A DNA stretch of 60,680 nt, the filler included, from Hausera hauseri (lineage: Eukaryota): NCBI GenBank assembly GCA_046269625.1. It is 12 parts of 12 records of this genome, joined end to end, with 100 filler letters (N's around TTAATTAATTAA, not from the genome) between each part and the next. Parts side by side here need not be neighbours in the genome. Positions count along the whole stretch, not along the records: positions 37,129 to 41,365 come from JBJURY010683217.1; positions 41,466 to 45,643 come from JBJURY010717658.1; positions 45,744 to 49,695 come from JBJURY010862520.1; 9 more parts are not named here. One strand, written 5' to 3'. Shown here piece after piece: positions 37,129 to 49,795 of the stretch; the first letter of the stretch is position 1; every line of letters starts with the position of its first letter. A program made the position numbers and the translations under genes. The notes under the pieces were generated by a model, which was given only the letters and a program-made list of their open reading frames with translations, ran no database searches and was not told where the DNA came from.

Positions 37129-37993
37129 TTTCTTTCACTAATTTCTTTACGTCAATTCCTCTGGATCCCAATCGACAAATCTCTACCAATCCCAAACCCC
37201 CCTTACACAATATATACAGATATAAAAATACATTTAATTCAATTTTTTCAATTTTCGCAGCCATTGTTTTCGGAGTGCTGCTCTCCGGGGGAGTTTCTCC
37301 ACCGTTAATCTTGTGGTCCAGAACATGCATACGGAATTTGTCAATCATACATACATCATGACCCCTGGCCGGGTGCATCAAACGAAATAAACAAGAATAA
37401 ACCATAACAATATTATTTACATAACACTCAAATACCTTCAACATTCCTGTCACTTCAAACGTAAAAGCATCAGTAGCATCCCATTTCTGTATTAGATTTG
37501 AGCTTTGAGTGTTTTTCTCTTTAGCTATAACTTCGTTTAGATCACAATTATCCAAGGAATTGACATCTTTAAATGAAGCAGACACATCCCGCCGAATAAG
37601 GTTTGGAATGGTCAATGAATCTGATATAAATTTTCCACATTTATTCTCGTTATTAAGTTGTGCATATTCATCCTTCAGTTTGGCATTCAGTAGGTAATTT
37701 GGAACAATTAATAATTCTTGAGTTCTTTGGATGAATTCTTGTAATTGAAAATAATGCATTAGTTTTTGTAAATACGACGATTGGGACAGTTTTGATCGTC
37801 TATATTTCTGAGGCTTCTCCTGGCCTGACTTTTTCATATTTTTTGGTGAGGAACCAGAGCCATGGCCCTCGAACTCGTCCGCATCGACAGATATCATTTT
37901 TTCTCCAATTCTGTTAATTTTTCTCATAAAATTTAGCTTGTCTGATTTTGTCCATAACAGGACTTTTGGATCAGATATTTCAAAATTTACCAT
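37129..37993 (-). CDS. Hypothetical protein, 3'-truncated by the contig end
   Basis: About 288 open codons from an ATG in AT-rich DNA; no family recognised. Confidence 0.45.
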
Positions 37994-38231
37994 TACAAAT
38001 TCAATTTTAATTATTGACCAATTTTGTATTTCTTAATGAGAATATTCACGGTTGATTTTCACATTCCCATTCGCATCCATTAGAATTAGCTTAAAATAAG
38101 GACCTTATTTCTCCTCATTTCTCTATACAAGTCTGTATTTTTGATGTAAATCCAAAGTAAAATGTTCACAAAATATCAAATAATAATGTATCAATATTCT
38201 TGTAAATTATTAGACACGATATACATTAATA

Positions 38232-38360
38232 TTAATATGAAATAAAGTCACCGTTAATGACTTCTAACGCAGCTCTTTCGCCACTTTCTACAGCACCTTC
38301 CATAAAACCCATCCATATTCTACCCAATTCACTCAATGCAAATGAATTCCATTTTCAGCA
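38232..38360 (-). pseudogene. Flavin amine oxidase (MAO-like) terminal exon fragment
   Basis: GIH(frameshift)...SELGRIWMGFMEGAVESGERAALEV, the conserved C-terminal amine-oxidase motif. Confidence 0.7.
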
Positions 38361-38959
38361 TGCCGTAAGTTGTTATTTAAGTATTTGGCTACTCCCGGTA
38401 ACTAAATATATACAGACAGATTTGTCTCTTTCTCAGGCTGAATTTCATTTTTTTTCTCCTGTATTTCGAAGCTAGTATTCAATGGATGTTTTGTCGAATT
38501 ATAAACTTTTTACCTAACCTGAGGAAGGTAATACGTAGTTGTTCCTGTGTGATATAAATATAATACAACTACCAAGCTTATAGAGGTGTATGAAACGAAT
38601 ACCGGTTATTATTTAATACCTGTAATTTAAATTACTTCGTTGAATGATGGTGAATGAGCTCCTTTCTAATAGTACATGGTCTAATAATTAAATCCCTGGA
38701 CTGATTTCCATCTGTTTACATAGGAAAAATTTGCGAAATTAATTATCAGACCATCTATTTCGTTTTCCTGTCGCCTCAATCAATAGAGACAACTTTCATT
38801 ATTTTGTTTTGTTGTCGTGGAAAATAGATTTCCCAATGTTGATTGTTTGACATTGTTTTCCAGATCCTCATCTTATTCATGGGAATGAAGCATAACTAAA
38901 TGTACTTTCAGAAAAGGCTGACTGTCTAAACCCATTGATTTTTTGTGCAGACTTTCCGA

Positions 38960-39435
38960 ACTTTAATGTACCGGCTTGTAGATATAAATTGCAAACCGGT
39001 TGGCTATTTTTATTGCGCACAGACCGCTTGAATTTCGTCGTCGCATCACTGTTAATTGACTGAGAAACTGACAATTTGTGTTGCACGGATAATAAATGCA
39101 TTCGATGCGTTACATCCGGATTAGACAAACCGCAATAACGAAGCATCGACGATTAGGAAGAAGACGGCGAATAATCTCCATCAGTACCATTTGTCAAATA
39201 GGAATCATGATAGATCAGAGAACGAAAACCGGGATCTGTCGGAGTAATTGCTATGATTAATATTTATCGTTCCACGAAAAATTCCATCTACTATCGTTCC
39301 ATAAACGCGACTGAAAGGCAAATTTTCCACCGAACCTTTGACCGGAATTAAATCACTAATCAAATGTTTGGTGTTTCCACTAATCACTTCAGTTCCCGAA
39401 TGAAATATCGAATCATTGGATTTGTTTTTCCTCTA
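38960..39435 (-). pseudogene. ADAM10/kuzbanian-like prodomain and start of the metalloprotease domain, fragment
   Basis: KGSVENLPFSRVYGTIVDGIFRGTI; cysteine-switch-like YCGL; basic cleavage site KFKRS; CNLYLQA. No HExxH found. Confidence 0.65.
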
Positions 39436-39766
39436 GCAGGCATATCATGCAATTATAAAACAATAACGACCGTCTACATCTTACTACTCTCGGCGAACCA
39501 TGATTATTGTCGTCTCTCAGTCGTCTGAACCCTGCCAGGGGTCATGTATTCATCATCTTGCATACTGCTTTTGTATCACGCACACTCATTTAACCATTCT
39601 AACCTTTAACAACCCGATTTTTAACAACCAGTACACACAGTGCAACCAACATGAGCACACATACATTCATATATACATTATATATAATTTTATATAATTA
39701 CATTATATACATTTTATGCATCCCCTATACCTCTTCTGTTGAAGATCGACCGGATTCCCCAACTGG

Positions 39767-41365
39767 TCAATCTGGTTCCAACATTTCCCCCCTCCTTGGG
39801 GCAATCCGGTCCATGGACGTTTCTTCAATTAAGGCTGAACTTCTCCTTACCATTTTCAATGACTCATTTAATTTTTTCTTTCGAGTATCCATCTTTTGAA
39901 TTATTTGATCCCAATGAGTGTTAAGAGTTGAATTCAACTTCTCTACGTAACTTTTGACCATTGGGCAGTTTGACAAAATAATTGGACCGTCATCATTGAA
40001 TTCGTTTATTATTAATCGTTTGTCTCTCATGGAATTATTAAATGCTTCGTGTTCCTTGATGAACATAATCAATTCCTTCTCATTTTGAAATTTCTGTAGA
40101 GGTTTTTTGAAGTATTTTTTGGCTTTCATCATCCAACATAGTATATCTGCTGATCGAAGATTAAAACTGCTTGCAACAACCAAACTTTCCTCGAAATTCT
40201 TGATCTTTTTATTTAAATTTTCATTATATTTCAAAGGATTTTGTCCAACCTTCCTCACAGTATTACGAATTTCGCTCCCTTGATAATCTTTTATTTCTTT
40301 GAACATTCGCTGTTTAAGTTTTTCGAAATCTTTCATATGACTATCAGCTTCTTGCTTAGTAACTTGGCAATCACTGATGAGACTTTCAACCGTATCCAAT
40401 TCACCATGAGTTTTCATTGTTTCATCAAAGTGGATGCCATAACGAATTGTGTAGTGGAATTTAGCACACTGGGAACTCAGCTTTAACATTTCTAAGATCA
40501 AGAACTTTCGACTGTTCTTGTTTAAAGCTGTCCAGCAAATTATAACTCTCATCCAACCAATTGTCAAAATTATTGTATGAATTCGAAAAAGGTTTACCTT
40601 CACGATATGCCTGATTGAAAATTCGCAATCTGCTCCGTAGGAATTTTTGGATTTTTCCTATTTTTAAGTTATATTCTTTAAATTCAATGCTCATTTGGGC
40701 ATTTTCTACTCGACTGCCAAGTTCGTGAATGTCAAAAGTTTTAGTTCGAAGATTTTGTATGTCCTCAAAGTGGCGATGCGCTTTAGCAATATCCGCCCTA
40801 AGTTGTTCCGTACGTTTAGTGGTGATTTTACTGGGTACTAATTTTCGTAAAGAAAAATTTTCGAATTTAAGGATTTCCGTCATTAACTGTTGTTTCTCTA
40901 AGTCTAACTCTAAATTACGTTGAACAGCTGCATCCAATTTCAATTTCCGATTGTTTACTAAATACAAACAACGTTTGAGTACCCGATTCATGTATTTCAG
41001 TAACGTTCCTGAATATACACATTTCTCTTCGGGACTGTTTTCAATAAATCCCGAAACATTAGTTGTCAACATTTCTAGTTCGTTCCTTTTTTCAATTAGC
41101 TGACTAAAACATTCCATGTATTTTATATTTTGTTCAATGAATTCACGAGTGAAACCAATTACTGGACATTGTGTTAAAACCTGATTGATTTCCTTAATTT
41201 GAGATATTCGTCCTCGTACGTTCTTTGACATTTTCTTTTCTTTGTTTAGAATAGCTTTTAGCAATTTCTCCTTATCTGGAATTAGAATTTTAATGAATTT
41301 ATTTAGACCATCAATTTCCGCTTCTTTGCAGAGTATTGATAAAGTACATCTAGATTTAAGGAGTC
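39767..41365 (-). pseudogene. Spectrin-repeat (dystonin/MACF-like) protein fragment, frameshifted
   Basis: Helical repeats with the spectrin pattern F...ADILCWM..A...IKEHEAF....RDKR..I..F...G..I...LNTHWDQI..KM..RKKKLNESL. Two overlapping ORFs. Confidence 0.65.
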
Positions 41366-41465
41366 NNNNNNNNNNNNNNNNNNNNNNNNNNNNNNNNNNN
41401 NNNNNNNNNTTAATTAATTAANNNNNNNNNNNNNNNNNNNNNNNNNNNNNNNNNNNNNNNNNNNN

Positions 41466-44400
41466 GTGACGTGGAGATTGGGATGGTAGAGTCCCGATCT
41501 ACTAACATGAAGACCAACGCTTAAAGAGACTTCTTTGAGAAGAAATTGATGCGCAAAGAATTCCAGAATGGTGATAACGTGGAAATCTTTATTGGAAAAT
41601 GCAAGCCATACTTCGACTTCATAAAGATGCCGGAGACAAACCGGGAAACTGTGGTCCTGTGCCTGTTGGCGGAAGAAGCACAGGAATAATTCAATCTGGG
41701 GAACCAGAAGGTTAAGGGGTACCAAAACCGGTTGAGAAAAGCATTTTCAAAACCTACAATGCTGTGCGGCGATATGCATGAGGACTTGAACTACAGAATG
41801 AGGGGGCAGAACCGGACGCCTACTTCAACAAAATCGAACAACTGGCGAAGAGCATTCTCAGCCACAAAGTAACACTGGAAGCTTTATCAGAGGAATTGAT
41901 GATCCAATGTTGCAACAATCCGGAGATGAGAAAAAAAATCTACCGCAGTGACGAAAAAGGCATAGAACAAATCATAGAGAAAATACGGAAAGTCCACAAA
42001 GTGGCAGCAAAGACGGAACAGATAAACACAATCAGAGAATACGCTACAGAAGGTCGACAGAGTTACCGGGATGTGGCGGTGCACAAATTTGATAAACCAA
42101 GACAGGAAAGGAGGGAATTTAAACTGCACAATACGCAGGCAAGGTGCACGATGAAATGCTGGTCGTGTCAAAAAGACGGGCATACAAGCAGGACATGCAA
42201 ACTCCAACATGCACCGAGATGTTTAGGTTGCGAGAAAGAAGGGCACATTAACAGAAATTGCCCGGAAAGGAAACCTATTTTGTGCTATGAGTGCGGTCAG
42301 CAAGGGCACATAAGGCGAAACTGCATAAACATAGAATGCAATAGATTTCACAATAGAGGGCGCATGGAAGAAGAATGTTGTACAAAATTGGAGAAGAGAA
42401 GAACAGGACAGAATACGTATAATAATAATTTCAAAATTACGGGGTATGGTCAAAAAAGATGTGGAGAGGGGGTGAACATCAGGCACGCACTCGTTGCAAA
42501 TATTGATGAAGACTATGAAAAATAAATCACAGAGTCGACAAATACAAAAGGTAGAGCCTCGACAGAAGTGGAGTTAGTCGGGGTATTATATTAAACAACC
42601 CCAAGGGCTCCAAAAATGTTCAAAAAATGGACAAAGTATTGAAGAAATGAAGAAAAGAACAGAGAAAAAGATACGCAAGTTCATAAAAAGCAAACATTTG
42701 GGGACAGAAACAAAAAAGTACAGTTTACAAAAAGTCAAAACGAGAGCCTCCATGAAAACAAGATTTTTTCCCAAGAAGGCTTGATGGAAAAGAGAATCAC
42801 GTACGATAAACTATAAGGATGGCCAGGTATAAAAATAAAGATACCAGGTAGATGGGAAGACTGCCTATTTGACATAGTGGCACGGGTAAACTTGATGAGT
42901 AGGATGATTTTTGAAACATTGACACACATCCAGCTTGAGAAATCAAATAACACACTCCGTTGTGCAAATGGTAGCCAATAGACTGCATCGGTGAATTGTC
43001 CGTAAATGTGGAACTCAAGGGAGTACAGAAGCGAGTAACTTTCATAGTAGTGACAGTCACATCACCAGAAATAATAGGAGGAATGGAACTGCAAAAGATT
43101 TTTGGAATCGAATTAGATTGGAGACAGAAAGACGGAGAGGAACAGAGGTATGATGTATGCAACTTAGAAGCAAAATTTGGTCGAAAAGTGACGAATGAAG
43201 AACAATTCAAAAGAGCGAAGGAGATTCTGCGGATAAACGAAAACGCAGTGGTATGGGATATACTGCGGAAGAACTAAGAAGTCTTCATGGCGGACAAATG
43301 GGATATAGGCCGCACGACATTGATCAAGCATGGAATAGACACAAAAGGTGCACCAATTAATATCAAGCCGCATAGACAACCGGTGAATTTAGAAAGAAAA
43401 ATCGATGAGACCATCTAAAACTTATTAAAAAACAATATCATCAAGAAATGTAATTTACCTCGGAATACTCCGATGATCTGCGTCTGGAAGAAAGAGAAAA
43501 ACGATATTAGAATTTATCTAGACAGTTGAACATCGGCACAGAGAGACAAGCGTACCCCATGCCGAATATGATGGAAATGATGGATAAACTATATGGGGCT
43601 AGATATTTCACTTCATTCGATCTGGGAAACGCATACTATCAGGTCAAACTAGAGGAAGAATGCAAGTTGAAAATAGCTTTTTCGACTAAAAAGGGACAAT
43701 TCTGTTTCAACAGAATGCCTCTTGGTATAGCAGCAGCACCAAGTACATTCCAAGAACTAATGACCAAAGTACTGGGAGATATCGAACAAACAACAATATA
43801 CCTGGACGATATATTGATTTTTTCGAAATAATTAGAAGAACATTATGTAATACTAGAAAAAGTACCCGATCAGATCAAAAAGGCGGGATTGAGAATAAAC
43901 CCAGAGAAATGCCACATATTGAAAAGAGAGGTAAAATTCTTGGGACATATTGCGAATAACAAAGGAATACAAACGGATCCCTCCAAGCTGGATGCCATAA
44001 CATCGTTCGAGAAACCAAAATGTGTAAGAAATCTTAGAAGCTTATTGGGGATTTGCAATTACTACGGGAGATTTATTCAAGGATACGCCACAAAAGCTAA
44101 GGCATTAGAACAAAAAACTGGTATGGACCGAGTCTTGCAAGGAAGAATTTGAAGCAATAAAGATGGCTTTGGCATCTCCGCCAATACTAGGGTTCCTAGA
44201 TTTCAACAAGGAATTTATTCTGGATACCGATGCTAGCTTTGATACGATTGGAGCAGTATTATCACAGAAAGATAGCACCGGACATGAAAGAGTGATTGCA
44301 TATGGATCACACGGAATGAATAATCACGAAAAGGGCTATTGCATTGCACGAAAGGAGTTGCTAGGTATATATTACTTCTGTCAACATTTTAATCACTACT

Positions 44401-45643
44401 TGTATGGGAGAAGGCTCACAGTGACGACGGATCACAAGACCATTACCTTCATGTTGAAAACAAAAAAGCTGATAACGGCACAATTCCAAACCTGGATAAA
44501 CTATTTATCAAGTCTAGACATAAGGCTGGAATACAGAAAAGGAGCAGATCACGCAAACGCCGACATGTTATCCCGGACCAATTGCGGCACATGCAGTCAA
44601 TGCTTGTTAGCTCACGAAGAGACCAAAACACATAAGATCAAGACTCGGAGGATAAACGCAGTTGAAGCAACAGAAGCACATCCATATCAAAGAGGCAGCA
44701 AAGAAATTGAAGAAATAAAAGAAGACACCTCAAAGAAAAAACATTGGAAATTCTTAGTAGAAAATGGCATAGTAAAGACAAGAACAGACAAGATATAAAC
44801 ACAAATGAATAAGAGGAGAGAAATGATAAGGCAGTGCCACGTCATTCTACCCCACACCGGAATAGAAAAGTAACAAAATATATAAGCAATAACTACGATA
44901 TGACAAACATAAAAGACACCGTCAAGGAAGTGATTGGACCCTGTGAGGCATGTCAACGAAATAAGACCGTGTCAACGGATACGAAGGAAAAGACCCTAAA
45001 ACTCATCGCAAACGAACCATTCGAGAAGATCTATATTGACATTTTCGGATGTTAAAAGAAAGCTGGAGGAAGAAAAAATATACATTGGCCATCATAGACC
45101 AGTTTAGCAGATACACATCACTATAGGCTATAGCAAAACAGGATGAAGTAACAATAAAGGACACGGTGCTAAAAACATGGATTCTCAAATTCGGCGCATC
45201 GAAAGAAATATACACAGATTGCGGAAAAGCATTTCAATCTAATGTATTTAGAGACATGATGGCGTCAATGGGCATCAAGATGTGCCATTCGAGCCCATAT
45301 TAACAAAACACGAATGGCATAGTGGAAAGACAATTCCGCACAATTAGAGAATATATTGGTGCGACTCTCCACGATCGACGACGAACAAATTGGGAAGAGA
45401 TACTACAAGAATTAGAATTCACGCTGAACGCCACAGTTCAGAATACAACAGAGTAGATAGATGTGAGGACATTGCGCCAGACCCCCCAGGATTCAGCCAA
45501 TGAGAGATGAACTCGTCATCGGAGTAAGGGAAACTGGCCGATCAGCAATGTATACGTCATCGGGGGGGTAAGGGGAACTGACCGATCATAGGACAGTATT
45601 CAGCAGACCCAATAACACCTGGCGCAGAATGGATTTCACTATT
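41466..45643 (+). mobile_element. Ty3/gypsy element, decayed, multi-knuckle gag, integrase truncated
   Basis: Gag with CWSCQKDGHTSRTC, CLGCEKEGHINRNC, CYECGQQGHIRRNC; degenerate protease CLFDIVARVNLM; RT FDLGNAYYQV, IYLDDILI; RNase H FILDTDASFDTIGAVLSQ; integrase to ~45450. A probable LTR start TG at 45462 has a ~35-40 bp internal duplication. Confidence 0.88.
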
Positions 45644-45743
45644 NNNNNNNNNNNNNNNNNNNNNNNNNNNNNNNNNNNNNNNNNNNNTTAATTAATTAAN
45701 NNNNNNNNNNNNNNNNNNNNNNNNNNNNNNNNNNNNNNNNNNN

Positions 45744-48700
45744 CAGAGGGAGGAAGAAAACGTCGAAGATGAGGAAGGTGTGGAAGGAAAAAAGTGAGAG
45801 AAAGGGGCGAAAAGGTACAAAACAGAAGAGAGCAAGAAGATGGAAAGGGCAAAGGAAAGTAGTTGGAATGTGGTATGCAAGAGGTTGAAATGATGAAAGA
45901 GGTAGATGGAGAGATTGGTGAAATCGAAGTGGTGTTTGATGGAGTAGGTATTGTAAAAGAAGAAAGCAGGTTGTTATCAGGAGTGAAAGAGGTGTGAAAG
46001 GGCTTGAAGGTGCAAAATGGGATGGGGAAAAAGGCTGAACTGTTAGAAGATATTGAAGTAGAAGTCGTGGGAGAAAACGTAGGGAAAAGTAGATTACGAA
46101 ATGGAGCAGAGATGGAAGGTGAATTGTTAGATTGCTGCGCGTCCTGTAAAGATGTTGGTGGAGAAGTGGTTTCGATGGGAGACGTATCGCGAATGAAGAA
46201 AGCCGGCTTAGCGTTGTTGATGTGGACTGTTATTTCTTTGTCGTCCTTGAGAATGATGATGTGTGAGAGTGTAACCAAATTACTTTGTAAGAACCAACAT
46301 AATGAGGTTGAAAACCACACGGCATCTGATACTTTAGCCATACAAACTTGGCAGTATATAAATCGTCGGGTATGTAAGGCTTATTGCCGTGTAATAGTCT
46401 ACAAAATGAGTCATTGCTGATCTCAACGAAGTGTCTCTGGGCTTGTATGGTTTCGTCTGTAGAAATATTGTCCAGCTCAGCCAGCTCAAATAATGATCTG
46501 ATAGAAGTGTCAAATAATGCTTCTGCAGGTGAACACCCTGTAGACGTAGATGGTGTGTTCCGCCAACCAAGCAGAACGTATGGAAAGAGTGTGGTCCAAC
46601 TGCGATTGGACTCAGCAAGGATTTTAAGAGACGTTTTCATTGTTCGGTTAAAGCGTTAGAGAAGGCCATTCGACTGAGGATGATATGGTGACGTGTGAAT
46701 GCGTTCAATTCCCAATCGATTGACAAGAGATTTAAACAGGTTGGATTGGAACTGTGGGTCTTGGTCCGAAATGATGCGGCCAGGTGATCCAAACCTGCTG
46801 ATCCATGTTCGGATAAAAACGTCTTCGATTGTTTCTGTGCTGGTGCGCCGAAACGGGACAGCCTCTGGCCATAGCGAGGAACAGTCCATCATTGTGAGAA
46901 TAAACTGATGGCCGTTATCTAAAGGTAATGGGCCTACAAGGTCAATGTAAACAGATTCAAAATGAGACGTGCAGGGAAAATGATATAGTGGTGGCTTTAA
47001 GTGCTTAGTAACTTTGTATTATTGGCATGCCACACACTACCTAATCCATGCCTGCACGCCAGAGCGCATCGACGGACATACTACTTGGCGTTGTAAGAGT
47101 CGAAAAGTGGCCTTGACAGCAGAATGGTGCAACGAATGGATGTTGTTGAATGCTTCTTTTTGAAGCGATTCAGAAAGAATGACTTTAGGATTATTAGGCT
47201 TGGTGGTGTCAAACGACACACCGTCGATGGTTTTGCCCGATTTAAAAGATTTAAGGATGTCAGGAGGTGGCTGGTTTTGTTGAAGTTTGGATTGAGGAAA
47301 AACTGGTGTAAAATCAATCGAGCTGACCGACCGAAACAAAAAGTCAGCTTCTAAATTGTCGACTCCGTGTAGGTGCTTAATTTCAAAATTAAATATGGAC
47401 AAATACGATATTTGCCTCTCCTGACGTGAAGAAGGCAATATCATGGTGAGAATTTGAAGCAAGGGATTGTGGTCCGTTTGTATTGTAAAAGTTCGTGCAG
47501 TTAGTAGATGTTTAAAGTGTTTTACCGCAAGGACCGTTGCAAGCAACTCTCGGTCAAAGGTGGAATATCTTTGCTCTTGTGCCGTGAATATTCGACAGAA
47601 GAATTCTAATGGCTCAGGGGATCCATTTTTGACTTGATGGAGGACAGCACCTGCAGCTGTTGTGGATGCATGCGTGGTTAAGAAGAGGGTCGGGATAGGC
47701 CAGGATTTCCACGGTTTTTAGATTATCTTTGAGGTGATCGAAAGCGTTGACTAGCTTAGGGGTCCATTAAATAGGCGATTTTTCTTGCTAGAGCTTAATG
47801 ATGCAAATGGAGCGGTTAGAGTGGAGCAGTGTGAAATAAACTTATGAATAAAGTGCAAGGTTTCGAGGAAAGAACGCATCTCTGTTGATGTACGTGGTAG
47901 CTGTATGTTTTTGAGCTGTGTAATGCGCTCTGGCTTAGGTGAATGTCCGGAAGAGCAAATAACATGTCCTAGGAAGTTGACCTTATGTTGAAAAAAGAGC
48001 ATTTGGAGAAATTAATTTGCAAGTTGTTTTGGTGCAAGCACTGGAAGATTAAACGTCAAAGGTCGGAGTGTTGTTTTGAGGAAGATGATGCAATTAGGAT
48101 ATCATCGCAATAGGGATAAGCAAAGTCTAAACCTGAAAGAACTGTATCAATATGCCTTTGGAAGTTCTGGGAAGCGCTACGGAGTCCAAAAGGCATGAAA
48201 AGGTATTCGAAAAGGCCAAAAGGTGTAATGTCAGCCGTTTTTGGAATGTCTGCTGGTGCCACCGTAACTTGGTGGTATGCTTTGTGTAAATCAATGCAGG
48301 AAAAAATGGTCGAACCATGCAGCCTGTGAAGGATATCGTTGATTAATGGTAGAGGGTAGGCATCCATTGTTGTTATGATGTTGAGTTGGCGGTAATCAAC
48401 GCATGGGCAAAAGGTACCATCCTTTTTGGAACCACATGTAGGGGCGAAGACCACGGGGATTTGGACCTTCTGATTATTCCTGATTTTTCCAGTTCGAGAA
48501 ACTCAATTTCCACTGCCTGTATGCGGCGAGGCGATAGCGGGAGGACCTTTTGATGTATTAGTCTTTAATGTGCTGTTACTATGTGATGAAAAGTGGATTG
48601 AGGTGGTACGAATAATTTGTCCTTTTGCAACAAACGCGTGCAGGAAGACGAAATATATTGCTGTAGGTCAGAAGGCAACGATGAAAAGTTTTCAGATGGT

Positions 48701-48840
48701 GTTGTGACAAGGTGGTATTAGGTGCAGGATGTTCATGTTGAAGATGGTGTTGGCAGCTGTACTATCAGTAATAGGTTCCATGCAGTTAGCAATATCGTAT
48801 TTGTTGCCGTAATAAAAATATCTATATGAATGATTGTAAA
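45744..48840 (-). mobile_element. CsRn1/Kabuki-like Ty3/gypsy fragment (RT-RH-IN-tail), close relative of 17156-22507
   Basis: Colinear nucleotide similarity to ~17800-20750; YPYCDDILI; YHPQSNGLL; 5'-truncated before the protease. Confidence 0.9.
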
Positions 48841-49512
48841 AAATAATTATTTTGTACGTAAAATACCATGCAAGCTATTAAAATGAAATGAAGTAATATC
48901 ATTTTCAGCAACTGCATAAGTTTCTAATAGCTCCGTATGTTCTAATAGATCTTTATGTTCTTAAAAGCTATTCGGACATAAAGAAAAACTTTGCAATTCA
49001 GGAAACTGAGATGGAGTTGCAATTCCAGCAAAGTAAAACGAGTCCCACCAGCAAGTATTGAAATTTATAGAAATCGTTATAATGTTTAGTCTCGGTCCAT
49101 TTTTGGTAATTTTGTGATTCGAGGAGCAGTTTAGCAGAATTTCTGTGATTGCGGCAATGAAGGAAATCGCTAGTAATGGAATGATGTTGGAGACATATTT
49201 AGTAGATTTTTAATGTTGGAATATTGGCATGTAATGTGATTTTTTAATTCTGATGATATTCGTACTTTACGTGGATTGTTGATATTGGAATCTGGGAGAA
49301 GACGGTTGCCGGTTATAACTTAATTTAATATTGAATAATGGAATAAAGTAATCAGCCTTCAAACTATGTTTCGGATTATTTTGCTCAAGTTTTGAATGAA
49401 TGAAAAGACCTTTTCAGAGTGGATCAAACGGTTGGAATTGATCAACGAGTTAGAATGATGTAATTAGATAAAATGGAGTTCTATTGGTGTAGCCAGTGGA
49501 AGAAATGTGAAA

Positions 49513-49695
49513 TACAGGGTGGGCCAGAAGTTAAGGGGCAGTGACATAAATTATTCAATCACTCACCTACACATCTAACAAGCGCTGAGATTAATAATAT
49601 TTATATCTAGCTTGTTTATATATGCTGTTTTTATTAAATTTAGCTTGTTTATATCCACGCGCGCAGTTTGAAATGATAAATTGAGTATTTTCATT
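49513..49695 (+). mobile_element. Possible Tc1/mariner-type terminus (MITE end)
   Basis: TA followed by CAGGGTGGGCCAGAAGT, resembling TA-CAGGGTG mariner-family TIR starts. The second TIR is not visible. Confidence 0.3.
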
Positions 49696-49795
49696 NNNNN
49701 NNNNNNNNNNNNNNNNNNNNNNNNNNNNNNNNNNNNNNNTTAATTAATTAANNNNNNNNNNNNNNNNNNNNNNNNNNNNNNNNNNNNNNNNNNNN

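Noticed and set aside
48850-49500. Possible non-LTR retrotransposon remnant
   Set aside because: No convincing RT or endonuclease motif in the frames examined.
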